Source: an uncultured Pseudomonadota bacterium (GTDB taxonomy: Bacteria; Pseudomonadota; Gammaproteobacteria; Burkholderiales; Rhodocyclaceae). From it: a stretch of DNA of 24,000 bases. The DNA lies in the NCBI GenBank assembly GCA_903870055.1, contig CAIQBG010000016.1, positions 52,709 to 76,708 of the forward strand. Reading direction: 5' to 3'. Positions 12,255-19,254 of this stretch are shown in pieces (positions within the stretch are counted from its first letter, which is position 1; each line of letters opens with the position of its first letter). The notes under the pieces are model-generated. The model was not told where the DNA came from. It saw nothing but the letters and a program-made list of their open reading frames with translations, and made no database searches. The position numbers and the translations under genes were made by a program.

Positions 12255-13010
12255 TTAGAACTTGTCGCCGATGTGCAGCGCGACAACGCCACCTGTGAGG
12301 TTGTGATATTGCACGCGGTCAAAGCCCACGCCTTCCATCATCTGCTTGAGCGTTTCCTGATCGGGGTGCATGCGGATGGACTCGGCGAGATAGCGGTAGC
12401 TATCAGCATCCTGAGCCACGATTTGTCCCACTTGCGGGATCACCTTAAAAGAATAGAAATCGTAGATGGGCGCGAGCAATGGTGTGACCTTGGAAAACTC
12501 CAGTACCATCAGCTTGCCGCCTGGCTTGAGCACGCGGCGCATCTCGGTGAGCGCACCGTCTTTATGTGTCATGTTGCGCAGGCCGAAAGCTACCGTAACG
12601 ATGTCAAAGTAGCCATCAGGGAATGGTAGTTTTTCAGCATCGCACTGCGCTGTCTTGATAACGGTACCGGCGTTGAGCAAACGATCACGACCGCAGGTGA
12701 GCATGGCGTTGTTAATGTCGGTTAACCAGACTTCACCGCTAGGGCCGACTTTCTTGCTGAAGGCCTTGGCCAGATCGCCTGTGCCGCCCGCAATGTCCAG
12801 CACCTTCATGCCGGGGCGCACGCTGCTACGGCCGATGGTGAAGATTTTCCATAAGCGGTGCAGACCCCCGGACATCAGGTCATTCATGATGTCGTATTTG
12901 GTTGCGACTGAATCAAAGACGTTGCGTACGCGACCCGCCTTTTCCCGTTCATTCACGGTTTCGTAGCCGAAGTGGGTGGTACCCGAATTGTTGTTGATAG
13001 GGTTCGTCAC
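12255..13010 (-). CDS. ubiE: Demethylmenaquinone/ubiquinone C-methyltransferase UbiE
   Basis: 251-aa ORF. UbiE/MenG N-terminus ([44 protein letters not shown]) and SAM motif [12 protein letters not shown]. Confidence 0.95.
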   Translation of the reverse strand: MTNPINNNSGTTHFGYETVNEREKAGRVRNVFDSVATKYDIMNDLMSGGLHRLWKIFTIGRSSVRPGMKVLDIAGGTGDLAKAFSKKVGPSGEVWLTDINNAMLTCGRDRLLNAGTVIKTAQCDAEKLPFPDGYFDIVTVAFGLRNMTHKDGALTEMRRVLKPGGKLMVLEFSKVTPLLAPIYDFYSFKVIPQVGQIVAQDADSYRYLAESIRMHPDQETLKQMMEGVGFDRVQYHNLTGGVVALHIGDKF

Positions 13011-13011
13011 G

Positions 13012-13386
13012 TTATGCCTTACGCGTATGGCCGGCTGCTTGCAGCCGTTGTAAATAAGAGTGCCAGAGTGCCTGATGATTGCTGGCGAATTCGTGGAGAA
13101 GGTCCCAAGAGTACAAACCGCTATCGTGCCCGTCCGAGAAAATCAGTTTCACGGCGTAGTTACCTACGGGTTCGATACCGGTGATGGTGACCTCTTCTTT
13201 GCCGACCTGCAGCACCTCGTTGCCCTGACCGTGCCCGCGGACTTCTGCCGAGGGCGATGAGACACGTAAAAACTCGGCGGTCAGCTCAGCAGCGCCCATA
13301 TCCGGATAGGCGATACGTAATATGCGCCCACCACTAGAGAGCCGAAGCTCATCGGGGATAGGGGTAGAGTTCTGCAAGCCTGCCAT
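13012..13386 (-). CDS. DUF971 (gamma-butyrobetaine hydroxylase-like N-terminal domain) protein
   Basis: Sequence typical of the DUF971 family ([14 protein letters not shown]...[32 protein letters not shown]). Its stop abuts the ubiE start. The start is taken at ATG 13386 (MAGLQNST); the 23-codon upstream extension to 13455 is unsupported. Confidence 0.75.
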   Translation of the reverse strand: MAGLQNSTPIPDELRLSSGGRILRIAYPDMGAAELTAEFLRVSSPSAEVRGHGQGNEVLQVGKEEVTITGIEPVGNYAVKLIFSDGHDSGLYSWDLLHEFASNHQALWHSYLQRLQAAGHTRKA

Positions 13387-13479
13387 AGCGCCATGATAAC
13401 AAATTGAGCCCCAAGCAAGGCAGAGACGGAATGAGTCTTTGCTCAGGTTGAGCATAGGGGCATTAATCGAGAGGCGGCT

Positions 13480-15588
13480 ATGGAAAAAACGGTCAAAAAT
13501 CTACCAGAAATCGGGATCCTATGGGCCTTGCGTTGCTTAGTGCGCCTGGATGGCTATAAGCAATTCCTTGCAGAAGATGGTTTTATGGACGATGCACTCG
13601 CCCGTACATTAGGTCTTGGAACCTATATTCCTGAAACTGAGGCAGAAGGGAATATGTTCAACCGACACAAAATGCTTTCGAAGCTGCGCTTCAAATTGAA
13701 ACAGATGGAAGCAGATACAGAACACATCCGCGTGCCGGAGGATTTGGCCGAAAATATTAGCCGCTTACAGTCAATGACGCGGATGTCGGATACTGAATGC
13801 CGTATTCTTGAGTTCGCGATTATGTCGCACGGTATGCGTGACATTGAGCGTATTACTGAACTACCCCCTTGTATTCGTCCGGCCGAAGTCGCTAAACATA
13901 TTGCGATTTATCTGGGCACGCCCGTTAACGACGTGCTCAAAGCGGTTAATCGTCAGTCACTGATGGTCCGCTCAGGTTTGTTCTGCATCTCGGGGAATGA
14001 AACTTTTATGCCCTCACTTTGCGAGCATATGAAGCTGGTGTCATATACGTTTGCCGAACAAATGCTCTCGGCCAATTGTGATTTTGAGCAGATTTTTCAT
14101 GACATGGTTTCGCCAGGCAGAAAATCAACACTGACAATTAATGACTTCTCCCATCTTAAGGATCAAGTAGAGATTCTTTGCCAATACTTATCCCATGCTG
14201 TGAAAGAAAAGAAGCAAGGTGCCAACGTTTTAATCTGGGGAAAGCCTGGTGTTGGCAAGACTGCGTTGGCACAGGTGGTTGCCGATGTTGTTGGTTTGCC
14301 GCTCTATGAAATTTCCAGCGAGGGGCAGGACGGTATGCCTTTGACGGGTGATGAGCGCTTCCGCGCCTACACGGCTGCGCAGTCTTTCTTGTGCCAGAAA
14401 GATAGCCTCTTTGTATTTGATGAGGTGGAGGATGTTTTTAGTGGAAACCGCGTTTTGACCAACCTGTTGGGTGGGCGTGATCGTAATGTGAACGCCGGGC
14501 TGAATAAAGCCTGGATCAACAATACGCTGGAGAGCAATTCGGTCCCGACGATTTGGATCAGCAACTCTGTCCACGGAACCATTGATCCGGCGCACGCCCG
14601 CCGCTTCTCTCTGATAATCGAAATGCCGATTGCGCCACAAGCGCAGCGCCGTCGAATGATCATGGATATGGGTCAGGGTTTGCTCAATGAGGAAACCGTT
14701 AACTTGCTTAGCCAATCTGAGCAACTTGCACCGGCAGTTGTTAGTCGTGCGATTGATGTCATTAAAACGATAGAGCCAGATATGGCGCAAAAGAAAGCAT
14801 CGGCATGGGCTAAGTTGATGGTTAATGCCACCTTGGAAGCTCAGTCACACCAATCGTTGCCTGCAAACGCCTCGAAGAAATTGATGGACTATGATCCGAT
14901 ATTTGTGAATGCCAATTACGATCTTGCCGAGGTGGCCAAAGGCCTGGCACGCGCCAACCAGGGTCGTTTATTGCTCATGGGGCCGCCTGGCTGCGGCAAG
15001 AGCGGTTATGCCGCTTGGTTAGCCCATCATTTAGGTAAACCATTGCATGCAAAAAAAGGCTCAGATTTTCTGGGGGCTTATGTAGGAGAGTCCGAAAAGA
15101 ATATTGCCAAGGCATTCAAAGAGGCAATGGAGGCAGACGCGATTTTACTAATTGACGAGGTGGACTCGTTCCTGGCCAAGCGTAGCAATGCCACACATAA
15201 CTGGGAAGTCTCTTTAGTGAATCAGGTGCTCGTCGAGATGTCGGAGTTTAATGGCTACCTGGTTGCAACGACAAACATCAATGCGGACCAGTTGGATCCT
15301 GCAGCGTTGCGTCGCTTTGATTTGAAAGCCAACTTTGAATACCTGCGCCAGGAGCAGGTGATTGCCATGGCTCAAAAACACTGCGCCACCTTGGGTCTTA
15401 GTGCGTTAGAGACAAACCATCAACAAGCATTGACTCAGCTTCACAAGCTGACGCCCGGTGACTTTGCTGTGATTGAGAGTCAGGCGAAATTCATTGAAAT
15501 TACTTCGACGGATAAGTTAATTGAAGCGCTAACCCGTGAGCATAGCGTCAAAGCCGCGACTAATATGGCTATGGGGTTTATTCATTAG
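13480..15588 (+). CDS. Tandem (D1-D2) classical-clade AAA+ ATPase with an uncharacterised ~240-aa N-terminal domain
   Basis: 702-aa ORF with RBS GAGAGG. D1 has Walker A GKPGVGKT (aa 254-261, nt 14239-14262) and Walker B LFVFDEVED. D2 has Walker A GPPGCGKS (aa 501-508, nt 14980-15003), Walker B ILLIDEVDS, GESEKNIAKAF and PAALRRFD. No TM segment and no protease domain. Confidence 0.85.
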   Translation: MEKTVKNLPEIGILWALRCLVRLDGYKQFLAEDGFMDDALARTLGLGTYIPETEAEGNMFNRHKMLSKLRFKLKQMEADTEHIRVPEDLAENISRLQSMTRMSDTECRILEFAIMSHGMRDIERITELPPCIRPAEVAKHIAIYLGTPVNDVLKAVNRQSLMVRSGLFCISGNETFMPSLCEHMKLVSYTFAEQMLSANCDFEQIFHDMVSPGRKSTLTINDFSHLKDQVEILCQYLSHAVKEKKQGANVLIWGKPGVGKTALAQVVADVVGLPLYEISSEGQDGMPLTGDERFRAYTAAQSFLCQKDSLFVFDEVEDVFSGNRVLTNLLGGRDRNVNAGLNKAWINNTLESNSVPTIWISNSVHGTIDPAHARRFSLIIEMPIAPQAQRRRMIMDMGQGLLNEETVNLLSQSEQLAPAVVSRAIDVIKTIEPDMAQKKASAWAKLMVNATLEAQSHQSLPANASKKLMDYDPIFVNANYDLAEVAKGLARANQGRLLLMGPPGCGKSGYAAWLAHHLGKPLHAKKGSDFLGAYVGESEKNIAKAFKEAMEADAILLIDEVDSFLAKRSNATHNWEVSLVNQVLVEMSEFNGYLVATTNINADQLDPAALRRFDLKANFEYLRQEQVIAMAQKHCATLGLSALETNHQQALTQLHKLTPGDFAVIESQAKFIEITSTDKLIEALTREHSVKAATNMAMGFIH

Positions 15589-16208
15589 CGGTGGCTTTGG
15601 AGCAAGCATAGCGATTTAGCAATTTTCCAGGCAAGGATTGCATCAGTAGGGTCGCCGAGTGTGTCCAGCACGAAGTTGTGTCGTCCATCGCTGCCCACGA
15701 TCCACAAACATTCACCTCCGGCAGCATGAAAGCCTGTTTGGGAGTCGGACGTGCTACAAGAGATCTTTGCTTTGTGGCCAAACCATCCGATACCACTGAT
15801 TGCTTGTGCAGGCCCATTACCAAACCTGCCAATGTTGGGACGAACCACCCCCTTGTCTTTAACAAAGATGCTTTCTTTGTGGTTGGCAGCATTAAAATCG
15901 CCTCGGGCGACTTTAATATGCACGACGTAATTGCTAGGTTCGAGCATTCGTTTGCCGTTAAATAAAAGATCCGTGTTGTTTTGACTGAGCAACCTCTTCG
16001 TGTGTTGTGCCGAAGGTTTAGTCAGGACATAAATGTCCTGACCTTCAGTTTTGATTAGAAATTTAGGCGGATAGCAAAACGAGACCCCAAGTTGTAGATT
16101 GCTGAAGCGTTGCCAGTTTTTTCCGTAAAAACTGCAGTCAGTTGCATTTGCAGTTATGGGTAGTAGCCCCACTAAAACTATTGCTAATGTCTTAAGCCGC
16201 AGATTCAT
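15585..16208 (-). CDS. Secreted protein of unknown function (Sec signal peptide, six Cys in the mature part)
   Basis: 207-aa ORF. Signal peptide MNLRLKTLAIVLVGLLPITANA/TD. Its ATG lies 17 nt inside the 3' end of the upstream FtsH-like gene, and its stop overlaps the stop of the convergent AAA+ gene. Confidence 0.6.
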   Translation of the reverse strand: MNLRLKTLAIVLVGLLPITANATDCSFYGKNWQRFSNLQLGVSFCYPPKFLIKTEGQDIYVLTKPSAQHTKRLLSQNNTDLLFNGKRMLEPSNYVVHIKVARGDFNAANHKESIFVKDKGVVRPNIGRFGNGPAQAISGIGWFGHKAKISCSTSDSQTGFHAAGGECLWIVGSDGRHNFVLDTLGDPTDAILAWKIAKSLCLLQSHR

Positions 16209-17571
16209 TTAGGACACCATATTCAATCGCCATGGATTTGAGATGGCCTTTGTCCAGAATCTTTTGCTTAACAAGACGATCAGCGATTGCCTCAAGAAAA
16301 ACACGGTGAGCCCGAAGTTGGTCAAGAACCACATCGTACTGTCGTGAAAGAAACAAACGGGCAGCATTCTCAATACGATGTTTTTCAGTATCAGAAACAT
16401 CGGTGCCTATTTTCAGTAAAAGATTAGATCCAGCGGTAGATTCATCTTCCATTGTTGGGCTAATGCCATAACGACCAATCAGATCTTTGGCGATGTCTGT
16501 GGCATGACGGAGATCACTGCGAGCGCTAGTGACAGACATATCTTCAATCCCAACAGTTAGTTGCTCGGCAGCACGACCTGCGAGCAGCACCCTCACAAGG
16601 TGGCGTTTGTATTTGTAAATGCCAATGGAAGGTATTGATGCCAGAAATTCATAAGATGCTGAAACCTGCCCCAAAGTGCCTATGGATGGAACAATCCCGG
16701 CGTAATCCGGAATGTTCATGCCGGATGAGTCAACTATGCTGACGAGTGCGTGCCCAGCCTCATGCAGTGCAATACTGTGTCTGAACTCTTTAGACGTGTT
16801 ATTAGGTACGTATTCACCCGTACCGTGTAGTGCAAAGTTAATCAGATCGCCGAACTCCACCTTGCGTTTTTCACGGTAAGCCAGCCGCTTTAGTGCGATG
16901 ATAATCAGGCCTACACGGCGCTCATCGGCAGCTTCGCAATCTAGAACCTGTCCGATTGGCTTAGGATCTGACAGCAAAGAGCTGCCACAAATATCAAGGG
17001 GCAACATCTCGACAAAAGCGAGCCCACGGTCGTGTAGCGATATGTCATCTACAAAGAAACGACGATCAAACGCCCCAGGGCTGCGCAGATCTTCTACTAA
17101 GTCGCACGGATCGTCACCGTAAGTAACAAATACCAGGTGTTTATCCGCAGGAATTTGAGCCATGAGTTCGGCAAATTTTTTATGGAAGGCCTGGATCTCA
17201 TCGGCATTCGAATGATCTTTGGTATCGGCAGACCAGATACCCAATGGCATCATGACTAGCGTGGGATCGAGAATCTCCGTGAATCCATTGGCAAAGAATT
17301 CAAAAATTTTATCTGCTGCCAATTCCCTTACTTGATAGCCGGATGCTTGTGCAATTTGATGAATGATTTTTTTGCTGTACTCCTTGTTGTCGTTCACAAT
17401 CATCGCAGCACGCCCAACAATTTCCCAGTCAATGGTTTGAGGTACACAGTTACTCGCCATATTGGCGAGTTCAATTGCCCAGGCTTTAATGGGGCGAAAC
17501 CGATCCGGGTTGCTCCACCCGGTTACCATGGGTTCGCTGGCAACCCGCATGTTTTGAAATGTTGATTTCAT
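16192..17571 (-). CDS. Soluble FtsH-like protein: degenerate (Walker A/B-less) AAA module fused to an intact M41 zinc-peptidase domain
   Basis: 459-aa ORF with strong RBS GGAGAAGG. M41 motif ALHEAGHAL (nt 16750-16764), third-ligand Glu in GRAAEQL, and AAA remnant LRSPGAFDRRFFV (compare [12 protein letters not shown] of FtsH). MIVNDNKEYSKK and LVMMPLGI occupy the Walker A and Walker B positions. No TM helices. Confidence 0.85.
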   Translation of the reverse strand: MKSTFQNMRVASEPMVTGWSNPDRFRPIKAWAIELANMASNCVPQTIDWEIVGRAAMIVNDNKEYSKKIIHQIAQASGYQVRELAADKIFEFFANGFTEILDPTLVMMPLGIWSADTKDHSNADEIQAFHKKFAELMAQIPADKHLVFVTYGDDPCDLVEDLRSPGAFDRRFFVDDISLHDRGLAFVEMLPLDICGSSLLSDPKPIGQVLDCEAADERRVGLIIIALKRLAYREKRKVEFGDLINFALHGTGEYVPNNTSKEFRHSIALHEAGHALVSIVDSSGMNIPDYAGIVPSIGTLGQVSASYEFLASIPSIGIYKYKRHLVRVLLAGRAAEQLTVGIEDMSVTSARSDLRHATDIAKDLIGRYGISPTMEDESTAGSNLLLKIGTDVSDTEKHRIENAARLFLSRQYDVVLDQLRAHRVFLEAIADRLVKQKILDKGHLKSMAIEYGVLNESAA

Positions 17572-17644
17572 AGACCTTCTCCAAGAATTACAGATAATCT
17601 AAGTAGGACTAAAGACGCTTGGTGTCTTAAGACATCGCACTAGA

Positions 17645-17980
17645 CTAGTGAAAACTGCCTTGAAAGCAGTGGCGCAGCTCGTGCCCTAAAACATGCATCG
17701 TTGTCTGACGTGCCGTAATGATGGTGCAGCTGTTTTTGTCCCAAAAGGAGCAGGCATCGACGGCGTAGCCAAAGCCTCCGAGTTTTCGTTGGCGACTTTC
17801 GGCTTCGCACGCCTTCTGTACGTTATCGGTGAAGCGCCAGGCAATCTGCTTGGAATCTGCGTGGCGTTCCGTAGCGCTAAACTTTGTTTCTGGATTGCGC
17901 CAAGTCGGCTCGCTTCCCCATGACGGTATTCCTGTAAAAACGAGACCTGCGATTAGGGGCCAATTAAGAAGCGTTTTCAT
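17645..17980 (-). CDS. Small secreted four-Cys protein with C-terminal HExxHxxxGxxH (putative minimal zincin), paralogue 1
   Basis: 111-aa ORF. Signal peptide MKTLLNWPLIAGLVFTGIPSWG/S. The C-terminus GHELRHCFQGSFH (nt 17648-17683) ends the protein. About 28 of 59 aligned C-terminal positions are identical to the 125-aa ORF at 20002..20379 (hand alignment). Confidence 0.6.
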   Translation of the reverse strand: MKTLLNWPLIAGLVFTGIPSWGSEPTWRNPETKFSATERHADSKQIAWRFTDNVQKACEAESRQRKLGGFGYAVDACSFWDKNSCTIITARQTTMHVLGHELRHCFQGSFH

Positions 17981-18020
17981 GTCGGGTGATTTGCTTTAGA
18001 AAATAAGATAAGACCATCGG

Positions 18021-18043
18021 GTGAAGACAAATCTAGTCTTCAC
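18021..18043 (-). other. Perfect 8-bp inverted repeat (hairpin) in the lipoprotein/mini-zincin intergenic spacer
   Basis: GTGAAGAC (18021-18028), 7-nt loop, GTCTTCAC (18036-18043). It starts 7 nt after the lipoprotein stop on the minus strand. No adjacent U-run, so it is not a canonical intrinsic terminator. Confidence 0.35.
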
Positions 18044-18049
18044 GCGTTG

Positions 18050-19108
18050 TCAGTTAAATTTCAAGCGGAACTTCAGGTCATATCCTTCCGTGACCCAGTT
18101 GCTAGCAAAGTTTAGGTTTCCTTGGACATTAATTGCTTTTTCAGCAACGAGATCGAATTTCGATTTAGGACGATTCTGATCATCAACCCAGGGGGTTTTG
18201 GTATCTACATGCTGGTTTAGTGTGACAACGCCATCGCGAACCGGAAATCCAGCTACCGTTGTCCCGTCTCGGTTCATGATCGCAACGATTGCTGCTGCAT
18301 TAATCTGTTCATAGACTTCATCGGCCGCCCACCCTTGGTAACAATTAACTTCGCCTTTCCCGGCAAAGCAAAGGCTGAATGAATCGCCAGGGTTAGGTGG
18401 CGCCGTTGTATTGCTTTTGTTTTCGATAAAGGGCGCCACGATAATCGCTACTGGTATAAGCACTGGTAAAGCCGCTAATACAAGGAAACCCTTTCCAAGC
18501 TCGGCCCAGTTGTTTTTTTCGTGGTAGCTGTGCTTTGTGCCGTGCACCGTCAGAAAAGATTCAATGTCTGTCAGCCATTTGGGGCTGGGTATAATTTTTG
18601 TGAATTGGACTGCCATTCCAACGCTGCCATCCGCATTTACTATGGGATCGATGGTCCGTGATTCAACCTGGATCATTTCAGGTCGACGAACAAGTTTACG
18701 AAGCAGCTCTCGCGTACTGATTTGCTTGTTGAGATGGCGCTCGACTACGCCTAGGTCAATATTTTTCTCGGTGTTGACGACGATGCTTTTGGCATCAGGA
18801 GAAACCTTGGCTTCTATAGAAACTGTACAAGGCGATCCTCCCGAGTTTGATAACACTTTGTAGCTTTGCACAATGCCACCACTGTATTCATCAATAGACT
18901 CAGCGTATTCGTTGGCATTATTCAGGCTGCGCCGGCTGCTCAAAAAGCTGCCCTTGTAGTCTTCAGTCGCCTTAACTTTGGCCTGTTGTAATGCTTCTGT
19001 GCAATTGCGTCCGTAACCATCTGCTCGGAATCCCTGAGCGTCCGGTTTAACTGAAGCGCAGGCAGAAAGCACTAGCACTAACAGCCACGGTCCGATCTTT
19101 TTGATCAT
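18050..19108 (-). CDS. Lipoprotein with an internal transmembrane helix, function unknown
   Basis: The start is taken at ATG 19108 (RBS GAGGAG 7 nt upstream) rather than the ORF-track 19186. Signal/lipobox MIKKIGPWLLVLVLSAC, and a hydrophobic 22-mer GFLVLAALPVLIPVAIIVAPFI about 205 residues into the mature protein. Confidence 0.75.
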   Translation of the reverse strand: MIKKIGPWLLVLVLSACASVKPDAQGFRADGYGRNCTEALQQAKVKATEDYKGSFLSSRRSLNNANEYAESIDEYSGGIVQSYKVLSNSGGSPCTVSIEAKVSPDAKSIVVNTEKNIDLGVVERHLNKQISTRELLRKLVRRPEMIQVESRTIDPIVNADGSVGMAVQFTKIIPSPKWLTDIESFLTVHGTKHSYHEKNNWAELGKGFLVLAALPVLIPVAIIVAPFIENKSNTTAPPNPGDSFSLCFAGKGEVNCYQGWAADEVYEQINAAAIVAIMNRDGTTVAGFPVRDGVVTLNQHVDTKTPWVDDQNRPKSKFDLVAEKAINVQGNLNFASNWVTEGYDLKFRLKFN

Positions 19109-19254
19109 GATGGGTCTCCTCGATGAGAGAACAATTAGATCAAGGGGTCGAGACAATATATGTCTTAAGCAACCTCTATCCTGCATAGCACTTCCGGATT
19201 ACACCGGAGGAGCCATCAGCCATATTCATATCTCTTAAACTAAGGAATCTCTTC

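Noticed and set aside
13387-13479. Sigma70 promoter for the tandem AAA+ gene (TTGCTC 13439-13444 / ATTAAT 13462-13467).
   Set aside because: The hexamers are weak (3/6 and 4/6), and the implied start site would fall inside or after the RBS. This is not supportable from sequence alone.
17612-17628. Hairpin AAGAC-N7-GTCTT between mini-zincin 1 and the FtsH-like gene as a terminator.
   Set aside because: It has only a 5-bp stem and no U-run on the transcribed strand. It is too weak to call.
17648-17683. Calling the small HExxH proteins metzincins.
   Set aside because: The metzincin motif is HExxHxxGxxH. Here the spacing is one residue longer (HExxHxxxGxxH), and the chain ends at the third His, so no Met-turn can exist. 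I keep only the generic call of putative minimal zincin.
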